NCBI GenBank assembly: GCA_963822965.1
Contig: CAWGJT010000005.1
Span: 160,001 to 224,000 of the forward strand
Direction: 5' to 3'
Length of the DNA: 64,000 bases
Origin: an uncultured delta proteobacterium
GTDB taxonomy: Bacteria > Myxococcota_A > UBA9160 > UBA4427
Shown here: positions 10,063 through 18,933 of the stretch, piece by piece
Layout: each line of letters opens with the position of its first letter
Numbering within the stretch: the stretch's first letter is position 1
Position numbers and translations under genes: made by a program
The notes under the pieces: generated by a model
Databases searched by the model: none
Seen by the model: the letters and a program-made list of their open reading frames with translations, nothing else
Told to the model about the DNA's origin: nothing

Positions 10063-10166
10063 TAGGAGTGCGATCCGACACGAAGTCTTTGGGTCGCGGG
10101 TCCGCCGCAAAGGGAGCCCAACGGGCTCGCTGAGAGGCGCGCCGCCGCTCGTCCCCGGAGAAGCGC

Positions 10167-11171
10167 TTGGTTCCTGACCGGCGGGTCGCATACGCGTGCC
10201 TCGGGATCGTCCTGATCACCACGGCCGGAACCCTCGGCTACGTGATTCTCGAAGGGGCGAGCTTCGTGGACGCCCTCTTCATGACCGTGATCACGGTCAG
10301 CACGGTCGGCTATCGCGAGGCCTTTCCGCTCTCCCCGCTCGGGCGGGTATTCACCATCGTGCTCATCATCGGCGGGGTCGGCGCCGTGCTGTACTTCCTG
10401 TCGATCCTGGCGGAGTCGGTGCTCGAGGGGCGGCTTCGCGACATCTATCGGAGGCGTGCCATGCTTCGGCGTATCGAGCACATGAAGGGCCACGTGATCG
10501 TCTGCGGCTTCGGGCGCTTCGGTCGCATCGTGGTCGAGGATCTGCGGCGTGCGGGCACCGCCGTGGCGGTGATCGAGCAGGATCCCGCCCTGGAGCTGGA
10601 GCTCGAGGAATCCGGGCTGCCGTACATCATCGGGTCGGCCACCGCGGACGAAGTGCTGGAACGGGCGGGCATCAAGCGGGCCTCGGCCATCGTGGTCGCG
10701 ATCCACTCGGAGTCGGACTGCGTCTTCGTGACCTTGGCGGCCCGGGAGCTCAACCGGGAGATCCTCATCAATGCGCGCAGCGAGTCGGATGCCGCGATTC
10801 GCAGGCTGCGGCGGGCGGGCGCCAACCACGTGGTCTCCCCGCTGAAGATCGGCGGCGCCCGGGCCGCTCTGTCCATCCTGCGGCCCAACGTGGTGGACTT
10901 CCTGGAGCTGTCGTTCGCCGGACAACGCGAGGAGTTCGACCTCGAGGAGATCCGGGTGGAGGCCGGGGCGCCGATCGACGGCTCCCTCGTCGGCGAGCTC
11001 GAGGAAGCCTCGCCCCGGGTGCGCATCGTCGCCCTCAAGCACGGCGCCAACACCCTCCAGATCATCCCCACCCGGGATTCGACCGTGGCTGCCGACGACC
11101 ACCTGGTCGTGATCGGCCCCCGTGATGATTTGATGGCGATGGCCGCCCGCGCGCAGTACCCGGAGGGCTGA
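10167..11171 (+). CDS. Two-TM potassium channel protein with TrkA-N/RCK and TrkA-C domains
   Basis: Pore motif TVSTVGY, HVIVCGFGRFG and LRRAGANHVVSP. TTG start is uncertain. Confidence 0.92.
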   Translation: MVPDRRVAYACLGIVLITTAGTLGYVILEGASFVDALFMTVITVSTVGYREAFPLSPLGRVFTIVLIIGGVGAVLYFLSILAESVLEGRLRDIYRRRAMLRRIEHMKGHVIVCGFGRFGRIVVEDLRRAGTAVAVIEQDPALELELEESGLPYIIGSATADEVLERAGIKRASAIVVAIHSESDCVFVTLAARELNREILINARSESDAAIRRLRRAGANHVVSPLKIGGARAALSILRPNVVDFLELSFAGQREEFDLEEIRVEAGAPIDGSLVGELEEASPRVRIVALKHGANTLQIIPTRDSTVAADDHLVVIGPRDDLMAMAARAQYPEG

Positions 11172-11340
11172 GCCCCTCCCCTCGCTCCGTGCGCCTGAAT
11201 CGCCTCTCCTCGTGCGCATGCGCGGCCGCGATCTGGCCGCGGGACCCGCCCCGTGCGCACCGGCGCCCCGGACCTGGGGCACCCCGCCTCAAGCCCCGCG
11301 CAGATTGCAGCCAGCCGACGCCATCAGCGCGATTCCAGTC

Positions 11341-11356
11341 TGGAACGCTTCGTGCA
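11341..11356 (+). promoter_or_regulatory. Putative sigma54 promoter for the hemerythrin/di-iron operon
   Basis: TGGAACGCTTCGTGCA, which is GG-N10-GC, about 80 bp before the GTG start. Confidence 0.65.
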
Positions 11357-11438
11357 ACAGGATCGCCGCAAGCCCGGGAGAAGGGTTCTCCGGCAGACTC
11401 GGCGATTCTGCAGTCGACGAGAAGCAGGGAGGCAAGAC

Positions 11439-11933
11439 GTGACGAACTACGACTCGGATGCTCCCCGGCGCGGCCAGGAGACCGGCGAGGTGAGCCAGCC
11501 GGGGCTCGACCTGCGCATCGCGTCCGAGACCAAGCGCATCTTCGGCCAGCACTCCCAGCTTCGTTCGTTCTTCGAGATGGTCCGGGAGTCGCTGCAACGC
11601 GGCTCGCTGCAGGGCGCGCGGATCGCGTTCACGCGCTTCCGCGACGCCCTCGAGGCCCACATCGACGTCGAGGACCACCAGTTCTTTCCAGCCCTGCGAG
11701 GCCTGAAGCCTCACCTGGCCGCGAGCCTCGCCCAGCTCGTCCGGGACCACGCCCGCTACCGGCAGATCCTCGACGAGCTGCACGAGATGCTCGCGCGCGG
11801 CTCGGCGGAGGAGTTCAACGCCGGCTTCGGAAAGCTCTGCGACGACTTCGCGCAGCACGAAGCCCGGGAGGAGAGCCTCACGGGCGTAGCGGTACCCACG
11901 GATGACACGCCGGCCGCGGCGCGTCAAAAATGA
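11439..11933 (+). CDS. Hemerythrin (HHE) domain protein
   Basis: Ligand pattern QH...AHIDVED..FFP...DH...QHEAREE. GGGAGG RBS precedes the GTG at 11439. Confidence 0.8.
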   Translation: MTNYDSDAPRRGQETGEVSQPGLDLRIASETKRIFGQHSQLRSFFEMVRESLQRGSLQGARIAFTRFRDALEAHIDVEDHQFFPALRGLKPHLAASLAQLVRDHARYRQILDELHEMLARGSAEEFNAGFGKLCDDFAQHEAREESLTGVAVPTDDTPAAARQK

Positions 11934-11949
11934 ACGAGGAGAAGCGACG

Positions 11950-12846
11950 ATGACCGACTTCCTGGACGCCTATTCGATCCAGTACTGGCTCGAGTCCTGT
12001 CCCCAGGCCTACCTGATGGACACGCAGTACGGCCACGGGCCCGACGAGGAAGAGCCCGGTCTACTTCTCGAAGACCCGCTGATGCGCGAGCAGGCCATCC
12101 GGACGACGGTCCAGCTCATCGTCGGGGAGCGATGTGCCCTCGCCGCTTCGTCCGGCCTCGTCGGCTGCGCGCCCGACCCCGGCAGCCAGTGCTTCCTGGC
12201 CACCCAGACCCTCGACGAGGCGCGCCACGTCGAGGTCTTCACCCAGCGCCTCTTCGATCTCGGCGTCAAGAAGAAGGAGCTCGAGGACGTGATCGCGCGC
12301 TTCGCGAACCCGAACCTGGTGAAATTCGCAGAGGTGCTGCTCGAGAAGGTCGACAAGCGGGACTTCGTGGCGGGCGTCGTCGGGCAGAACGTGGTTCTCG
12401 AGGGCATGGCGTTCAGCGTCTTCGAGATGATGCAGACAGCCAACCGCGACCCGAACCCGAAGTTCGCCCACACCCTGTCCGGCACCATCGCCGACGAGCG
12501 GCGCCACGTGGGCTTCGGCGAGAACCGCATCGGCCAGCTGATTCGGGAGAACCCCGGCAAGCGGCCCGAGATCGAGCGAATGCAGAAGGACATGTCCTAC
12601 TTCATGCTGGCGACCTTCGCCGACCAGTTCCGCAGCAACGAGATGCGCGAGGAGATGCAGCACGCGCGCGAGGAAGCGGGGCCCGGCAGCGGCGAAGCGA
12701 GCTGGCAAGGGGTGAACCTGGCGACGGCAGCACCCGAGGAGATCGAGGCGGTGCTCTCGAACACGATCCTCAAGGACTTCAAGGCGCGGCTGGGACGGAT
12801 CGGCCTCGAGTACCAGACGCCGAACCGGCCGGGAGCGGCGGCGTGA
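11950..12846 (+). CDS. Ferritin-like di-iron carboxylate protein A
   Basis: E/ExxH/E/ExxH ligand set: GERCA, DEARH, LEGMA, DERRH. GAGGAG RBS. Confidence 0.85.
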   Translation: MTDFLDAYSIQYWLESCPQAYLMDTQYGHGPDEEEPGLLLEDPLMREQAIRTTVQLIVGERCALAASSGLVGCAPDPGSQCFLATQTLDEARHVEVFTQRLFDLGVKKKELEDVIARFANPNLVKFAEVLLEKVDKRDFVAGVVGQNVVLEGMAFSVFEMMQTANRDPNPKFAHTLSGTIADERRHVGFGENRIGQLIRENPGKRPEIERMQKDMSYFMLATFADQFRSNEMREEMQHAREEAGPGSGEASWQGVNLATAAPEEIEAVLSNTILKDFKARLGRIGLEYQTPNRPGAAA

Positions 12847-13622
12847 CCGCGAGCGAAGTGGAGGACGTGCACGCGCTCGAGCCGGAGGACTTCATCGAAG
12901 AGGTCCACTCGTTCGAGCACTGGTTCGGGGCCGTCAGCGACTACCTCGCGGGCCTCGACCACGGTCACCGCCCCGACGTGGCGGAGGTCGCTTTCGGCGC
13001 GGCGGAGCGCGACCGCCTCGTGTCCACCCTGTGCAGCTACGCGGTGGCCGAGACGGCCGCGCTCGAGGCCTCGAGCGGCCTGATCGCGATCGCGCCGAAC
13101 CGCAACGCCAAGATCTTCCTCTCGACGCAGACGGTCGACGAGGGACGGCACGTCGAGGTGGTGCTGCACCGGCTCCGGGAGCTCGGCATCGCGGATCCCG
13201 AGGCCGAGGTCGAGCGACGGGCGGGCGCCAGCGTTCGTCGCTTCCGCAAGAGGCTGCTCGAGCTGGTGGCCGCGCAGCAGTGGGACGCCGCGGTCTTCGC
13301 CCAGAACGTCGCCCTCGAGACGATGGAGTACACGGTGTTCCGGGCGCACGCGCGGGTGGCCGATCCGGTCACCCGGGACCTGCTGGAGCGCATCCTGCGC
13401 GACGAGCGACGGCACATCGGATTCGGCGAGAACGAGCTCGGCCGCCGCCTGCACCAGGAACCGAAGCGACGGCGGGCGCTCGCCGCCGTGAAGGCCGAGC
13501 TCGATCACCTCGTGCTGCAGACCTTCGAGGAGGCGCTCTCCGAGCTGCAGGTGCCGCGCGCCGAACGCCCCTCGCTGGGTCGCGACTATCTGCAGACCGT
13601 CGACCGCCTGGGGCTCGTCTGA
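12843..13622 (+). CDS. Ferritin-like di-iron carboxylate protein B (paralog of A)
   Basis: AETAA, DEGRH, LETME and DERRHIGFGENE. GTGA start/stop overlap with gene A. Confidence 0.85.
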   Translation: MTASEVEDVHALEPEDFIEEVHSFEHWFGAVSDYLAGLDHGHRPDVAEVAFGAAERDRLVSTLCSYAVAETAALEASSGLIAIAPNRNAKIFLSTQTVDEGRHVEVVLHRLRELGIADPEAEVERRAGASVRRFRKRLLELVAAQQWDAAVFAQNVALETMEYTVFRAHARVADPVTRDLLERILRDERRHIGFGENELGRRLHQEPKRRRALAAVKAELDHLVLQTFEEALSELQVPRAERPSLGRDYLQTVDRLGLV

Positions 13623-13930
13623 TGCCCGGGACCGAGGCCGTGACGACGAACGAGACGACCCCGCTCGAGAGCGAGCCCCGGCGGCGCTACGAGCTCGACG
13701 ACCGCGGCTTCGACGAGGTGCCGCGCAAGTACCGGAAGTTCTACCGCCGATGGGAGGGGCCGGACGACGCCCTGGCGCCCAACGAGGCCCTGTGCCCGGT
13801 GTGCAAGATCGTGATCCGCTCCCCGCGCGAGCTTCGCGTCGGAGACCGGCTCTACTGCATGGCGTGCATGACCCGCGTGCTGATCGTACGCGGCCCCGAC
13901 GGGGGCCTCGAGACCGAGACCCTCTACTGA
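13622..13930 (+). CDS. Small protein with a C-terminal CxxC-x17-CxxC metal ribbon (LysW/rubredoxin-like)
   Basis: CPVCKIVIRSPRELRVGDRLYCMACMTRVLIV. TGATG overlap with the stop of gene B. Confidence 0.75.
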   Translation: MPGTEAVTTNETTPLESEPRRRYELDDRGFDEVPRKYRKFYRRWEGPDDALAPNEALCPVCKIVIRSPRELRVGDRLYCMACMTRVLIVRGPDGGLETETLY

Positions 13931-14009
13931 GCGCGGTGTCCGGCCGCGTGCCGGCGGCCGCAACGTGCGGCATCGTGTGGGCCCTCGATTCCGGGGTGGA
14001 GGGTCGACG

Positions 14010-14369
14010 ATGAGCGTTGGGATGCGCGCCGCGATCGCGACGACGTGGCTGGTGCTGGGCTGCTCGCCTTCTCCGGACGCGTCCGAGCTGGGCCCCGACG
14101 CGAGCCGCTGCGCGAGGCTCGTCGGCTTCTACCTCGGGGTGGAGGCGCCCGTCGAGGTGGCGGGCGGCGAGGCCGACCCCGAGACGCGCAAGGTCCGCAT
14201 CGACTACCGCACGACCGACGGGATGAACGTGCCCATGGAGGGCGTGGCCCTGTGCCGCTTCCGGGAGGGTCCCGACGGAACGAGCGAGGCCACGGACGCC
14301 TTCGTCGACGAGAATCGCCTGCGCCCCGACGAGATCGCCGCCTTCAACGCGCGATCGGACGACGGGTAG
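14010..14369 (+). CDS. Hypothetical lipoprotein
   Basis: Signal-like N-terminus ending VLGC. GGAGG RBS. Coding-like composition. Confidence 0.6.
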   Translation: MSVGMRAAIATTWLVLGCSPSPDASELGPDASRCARLVGFYLGVEAPVEVAGGEADPETRKVRIDYRTTDGMNVPMEGVALCRFREGPDGTSEATDAFVDENRLRPDEIAAFNARSDDG

Positions 14370-14390
14370 AGGCCCACCGGCCACGCGCCT

Positions 14391-15212
14391 TCACGCTTCG
14401 AGCGGCTCGTCCCGCAGCTCGGCGAAGACGCCGAAGTGGTCGCTCGGCCAGGCTCCGTCCTGCTCGTCGTCGCAGACCACGCGACAGCGCATCACGTGCC
14501 CCACCCCGTTCGCGAGCGGATAGCCCACGTACACGTAGTCGATCCGGCGATCCGGCTCGAAGGCGGTCCGGGCATGGGGGTTGCGGTTGCACCACGTGAC
14601 TCCGGCGCCCTGGGCGGGATCCCCGGCGACCCGGAAGGCGTCGTTGAAGTAGACGCTCCGGTCGCCGATGGCGTGCGCGCCGCGCAGGAAGCGCATCTCG
14701 TCCGAGTCGGGCTCGGCGTTGAAGTCGCCGACCAGGACCGGGGGAAAGCCGCCCTTCGGCCGCCGCTCCAGGACGTGGGCCGCGAGCGCCGCGACCTGCC
14801 GGCAGCGGGTGTCGCTCTGGTGGAGCTTCCAGTTGAGGTGGGTGCTCGTGAAGGAGAGCGGGCCCACGGGCGCGTCGATGGAGACGGTCAGCGCGGCCCG
14901 GGTCTCGCCGTCGCCCCGATCCGGGAGCCGCAGCGGGTGACGCTCGCGGATGGGCCAACGGCTCGCGATGGCGTTGCCGAACGAGAGGCTCCGCTCCGGC
15001 CGCCAGAAGGGAGAGGCCTCGACGAAGTCGAGGTGATAGCCGCGTCCCTCGACCAAGCCGGCCACCTGATCGAAGTCCTCGCCGCGCAGCGCCTCCTGGA
15101 AGCCGATGAGATCCGGATCGAGGAGGTCCAACCAGGTGCGGATCCGCTCCTGCCGCGCGGGCCAGGGCCCGGCGTCGTGCCAGAGGTTGAGGGTGAGAAC
15201 CGAGATCGCCAT
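14391..15212 (-). CDS. Endonuclease/exonuclease/phosphatase (EEP) family protein
   Basis: VLTLNLW, DLIGFQE, GNAIASRWP, STHL, VGDFNA, RIDYVY and PSDH. Confidence 0.92.
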   Translation of the reverse strand: MAISVLTLNLWHDAGPWPARQERIRTWLDLLDPDLIGFQEALRGEDFDQVAGLVEGRGYHLDFVEASPFWRPERSLSFGNAIASRWPIRERHPLRLPDRGDGETRAALTVSIDAPVGPLSFTSTHLNWKLHQSDTRCRQVAALAAHVLERRPKGGFPPVLVGDFNAEPDSDEMRFLRGAHAIGDRSVYFNDAFRVAGDPAQGAGVTWCNRNPHARTAFEPDRRIDYVYVGYPLANGVGHVMRCRVVCDDEQDGAWPSDHFGVFAELRDEPLEA

Positions 15213-15225
15213 GGGCCGCGTCAGT

Positions 15226-17184
15226 CTAACCGCTGGCCGCCGGTCCGCGCCGGAGCACCCGGTAGGGCCCGAAGCGTGCGACGACGTCGAAGTTCTTCTC
15301 CACGTAGTCCCGCAGGCGGGGCATCGCCCGGCGCAGGTTCGCCGCCGTGGGGTCCGGCCGGTACACCACCAGCACCTCTCGGGCGTCCCGCAGGCGGGCG
15401 AGCATGGCCGGCGTGTCCAGGGCGCGCATCTCCGCGCCTGGGAGCATTCCCCAGCCGGCCAGGAAGAGCGCATAGCGTCGCTCGGGGAAGAGCAGCGCGC
15501 GTCCGCTCAGGAAGGGCACCATCTCCTCGTTCGTGAGCATCAGCAGCGGGGCTTCCGCGGGCGGTACGGTGGCGAGCCAGGCGACGAGCGCCTCCACGTC
15601 GGTGAGGTACATGGCCTCGGCGGTTCGTGCGTCCAGGGCGATGCCCTCGGCGTGTGGCAACGCCACCGGGCGCCGCTCGCTGCGCGGCTCGTCGGGGAGC
15701 AGGACGGGACGGGCGATCGGCGCCACCAGCCAAACGGGCAGCATCGCCACGAGCCCGGCCGCGGCGGCCGAGCGCAGGCGTCCGCGCGCGCGAATCCGAG
15801 CGGCCGGACCCGCCCGCTCGAGCCAGCGTGCGAGCACCAGGGCGAGCAGCGGAGCCAGTGCGCCGTGCAGGATCCAGAGGTTGTGCCCAGCGCGCGGGAA
15901 CACCTCGAAGCACAGCAACGAGGAGACGAGCAGGGTCGGGACCACGGCGGCCCGGCCGGCCTGCGACGGGGTCCCGTCCGGCGGAGATCCCGACAGCTCC
16001 CGCCCGGCGAGTGCGAGCCCGGCCAGCAGCAGCACCGGCAGCAGCACCCCCTCCAGCGCAAACGGAGACCGGGCCAGCAGGACGTTCGCCTCGAAGAGTC
16101 GGGGGACGTCGGAGGGAATCGCGAAGCGTGAGGTCGCGAGCCCGACGACACCCGCACCGGCGAAGGCGGCCGCCCGACCCACGCGACCCGCCAGCCCGAG
16201 GAGGCCGGCGGTGGCGAGACACACCACCCCGCAGAGGAGCACCGCGAGCGCCGCGGGCGGTGGGGCGACCGCCAGCGCGTAGTGACGCAGGGACAGGGGC
16301 AGCACGAACATGTCGTGCAGCAGCTCCCCGAGCCCTCCCGCTGCCGCATAGAAGAGAATCACGCCGGCCGGGGCCACCCCCGCCCCCGCGACGAAGGGCA
16401 GCAAACGCTCGCGCCAGAGCGCCCGCAGATCCGGCGCCCGCCGGCGTGCCGCCCACGCCACGGCGACGAGCACCGCGTGGAACGGCAGGAAGTGGAACAG
16501 GTAGCCCTGAAGGTCCAGGTAGCGACCCACGGGAAGCAGCACCGCCACTCCGCACGCGAGCCACGACGTCACCAGTCCGACGCGAGCCCGGCCCACCCGC
16601 TCCGGAGCCTCGAGCCAGCCGACCCCCACCAGCGACAAGACGAGCCCCCAGGCCAGCATGACGCCGAGGGACTGCTTGAAGAGGATGGCGAGGCCCGCCA
16701 GGAGGCCTGCCACCACGAGCCCCCGGACGCTGCGCCGTTCGAGCGACCGCATCGCGACGGCGGTGGCGGCCAGGGCGATGGGAATCGTGAAGAGGGCCGC
16801 ATAGGGCGCATTCAGGTTGGCGCTGAAGCGCCCCCACCAGGCGATGCTGCAGAGCGAGGCCAGCAGCGCGATCCAGGGCGGCGCCAGCCGCGACGCCATC
16901 GCGAAGCCGGCTGCCACCGCCGCCGCCTTCGCCAGGGCGACGAGGACCCGCACCGCCAGGATGCGACCGTCGAAGAGCGACAGCACGGCGCCCGTGAGGG
17001 AGAAGACGCCCGGTCCGTACACGTCGCGGAAGTCGCGGTGGGGAACCGCGCCGCCGGCCACCGCCGCGGCGCGGCTCAGCAGGTAGCCCTCGTCTCGCAG
17101 GTCGAGGGTGCGCGTGAAGGTGAGGGACGCATACCCGAACGCCAGGGCGAAGAGGGCCACCGTGATCCACGTTCGGGAGCTCAC
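15226..17184 (-). CDS. Polytopic membrane protein, probable GT-C (ArnT/PMT-like) glycosyltransferase
   Basis: N-terminal TM followed by DEG...G.VP.RDF...YGPG, a LFKQ motif, and many hydrophobic segments. Confidence 0.7.
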   Translation of the reverse strand: MSSRTWITVALFALAFGYASLTFTRTLDLRDEGYLLSRAAAVAGGAVPHRDFRDVYGPGVFSLTGAVLSLFDGRILAVRVLVALAKAAAVAAGFAMASRLAPPWIALLASLCSIAWWGRFSANLNAPYAALFTIPIALAATAVAMRSLERRSVRGLVVAGLLAGLAILFKQSLGVMLAWGLVLSLVGVGWLEAPERVGRARVGLVTSWLACGVAVLLPVGRYLDLQGYLFHFLPFHAVLVAVAWAARRRAPDLRALWRERLLPFVAGAGVAPAGVILFYAAAGGLGELLHDMFVLPLSLRHYALAVAPPPAALAVLLCGVVCLATAGLLGLAGRVGRAAAFAGAGVVGLATSRFAIPSDVPRLFEANVLLARSPFALEGVLLPVLLLAGLALAGRELSGSPPDGTPSQAGRAAVVPTLLVSSLLCFEVFPRAGHNLWILHGALAPLLALVLARWLERAGPAARIRARGRLRSAAAAGLVAMLPVWLVAPIARPVLLPDEPRSERRPVALPHAEGIALDARTAEAMYLTDVEALVAWLATVPPAEAPLLMLTNEEMVPFLSGRALLFPERRYALFLAGWGMLPGAEMRALDTPAMLARLRDAREVLVVYRPDPTAANLRRAMPRLRDYVEKNFDVVARFGPYRVLRRGPAASG

Positions 17185-17292
17185 GCCCGGCAAGCTAGCA
17201 GGATGCTGCCGTTCCCGGGCCGGGCGCAGGGGGCCGGCTGCACGGCGCGTCGAACGCCGACGCGGCATACTGGCTCGCCGCCCCGAGGTCCC

Positions 17293-18696
17293 ATGTCCCT
17301 GCCGAGCGAGCTCGAAGCCCCCCCGCCGCCGCCTCCCGGCGCCGTCGGCCGCGATACGCTGACACCTTCTCGTGTCCCCTTCGCGACGGTCGCCTCCTGG
17401 GGCATGCCGATCTTCGCCCTCTCCTCGAGCCTCTTCTTCCTGCAGTTCTTCTTCCTCAAGTTCGCGACCGACGTCCTGCTGATCGCCCCGGTGGTGGTGG
17501 GCAGCCTCTTCGCCGCCGGGCGTCTCTGGGACGCGGTCTCGGATCCCATCGTCGGCACCTGGAGCGACCGCACCCGGTCGCGCATGGGGCGCCGACGTCC
17601 CTGGATGTTGGCCGCCATCCCGCTGCTCGCCGCGACCATCTGGATGACCTGGTCGCCGCCCCGGCACCTCGAAGGCCCGGCGCTCGTCGTCTGGGTGGGC
17701 TTCGCGCTCTTCGGCTTCTACACGGCCTTCACCATGTACAACATTCCGCACTTCTCGCTGGGGTCCGAGATGAGCGCGGACCACCACGAACGCAGCCGCG
17801 TGTTCGGCGTGCAGAGCGCCTCGTTCATGGTGGGCATGATGCTCGCGTTCGGCGCCATGCAGTACGTCATGACCTCGACGGACCAGCGCACCGCGGCGAG
17901 TCACGTGGCGGGCGTCGCGATCGCTCTCGTCTGCCTCTTCCTGCTGGTGCCGCCCCTGCGGCTGCGGGAGCGGCCCGAGTACCAGGGACGCGGCGCCCAG
18001 CATCCCCTGCGCGCGCTGCGGGACGTGGTCCGCAATCCGCACGCGCTGCGGCTGCTGTTCGTGCAGCTCGTCCAGATGGTGGGGGTGAGCGTCGTCGGGC
18101 TGCTCTCGCCGTATCTGGTGCAGTACGTGCTGCAGCGGCCGGACCTGGTGGGCCCGCTGCCGGCCGCCTTCGTCGTCTTCAACATGGCCTCGATCCCGGT
18201 GTGGGTGGCGCTCTCGCGGCGCTACGGCAAGAAGCAGGCGTGGACGGCCTCGATGCTGCTCTCAGGGCTGGTGTTCGCCGGGACGGCCCTGGTCGGCCCC
18301 GGAGACGTGCTGCTGCTGGCGCTCCTGATGCCGTTGGCGGGCTTCGCCCTGGGCTGCGGCGGGACCGTGGGTCCCTCGATCCTGGCGGACGTGATCGACG
18401 GCGACGAGCTCGAGACGGGCGAGCGCAAGGAGGGCGCCTACAACGCGGCATGGGGCTTCTCGCTCAAGCTGTCCAACGCCTTCATGATCCTGGTGACGAG
18501 CCTCGTGCTGCAGGCCATCGACTTCGTGCCCAACCAGGAGCAGACGGCCGGCGTGCAGCTCGCGCTGCGGCTCGTCTTCGGCCTGCTGCCGTTCGTGATG
18601 CTCACGGGGGCGGCCATCGTGCTGCACGGGTTCCGACTGGACGCCGCGGAGCACGCCCGCATCCGGGCCGCTCTCGACGCGCGACTGCGCGGCTGA
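17293..18696 (+). CDS. MFS/GPH (MelB-like) symporter
   Basis: RLWDAVSDPIVGTWSDRTRSRMGRRRPW and LADVIDGDELETGERKEGAY. Confidence 0.93.
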   Translation: MSLPSELEAPPPPPPGAVGRDTLTPSRVPFATVASWGMPIFALSSSLFFLQFFFLKFATDVLLIAPVVVGSLFAAGRLWDAVSDPIVGTWSDRTRSRMGRRRPWMLAAIPLLAATIWMTWSPPRHLEGPALVVWVGFALFGFYTAFTMYNIPHFSLGSEMSADHHERSRVFGVQSASFMVGMMLAFGAMQYVMTSTDQRTAASHVAGVAIALVCLFLLVPPLRLRERPEYQGRGAQHPLRALRDVVRNPHALRLLFVQLVQMVGVSVVGLLSPYLVQYVLQRPDLVGPLPAAFVVFNMASIPVWVALSRRYGKKQAWTASMLLSGLVFAGTALVGPGDVLLLALLMPLAGFALGCGGTVGPSILADVIDGDELETGERKEGAYNAAWGFSLKLSNAFMILVTSLVLQAIDFVPNQEQTAGVQLALRLVFGLLPFVMLTGAAIVLHGFRLDAAEHARIRAALDARLRG

Positions 18697-18933
18697 CCGC
18701 GAGGCGGCTCGCGAATCGGCACCGCCTGGGGCCCGGCGCCTTGATCGATACGTCCGAAAGTGTTGTATCCTACACCGCTCACCCGGGGGGTGGGCAAAAC
18801 GGGCAATACATCCGCGTCTCTGCGGGCCCACTTTTGCCTCGTCTTCGCGACGCTGCACCTCGGAGCGAAATGAAGGCTCGAACTCCGGGGATGGATTCGT
18901 GCAGACTGGAGCCTCGGACGCAGGGAGGACGCC

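Noticed and set aside
10080..10166. TPP or c-di-GMP riboswitch suggested by GCTGAGA and GCAAA
   Set aside because: The remaining conserved elements of those aptamers are absent, so it is kept only as an unassigned structured region.
11950..13622. Calling the di-iron pair ribonucleotide reductase R2, aldehyde decarbonylase or PaaA/PaaC
   Set aside because: There is no adjacent R1 subunit, acyl-ACP reductase or paaB/D/E gene. Only the superfamily-level ligand pattern is supportable by eye.
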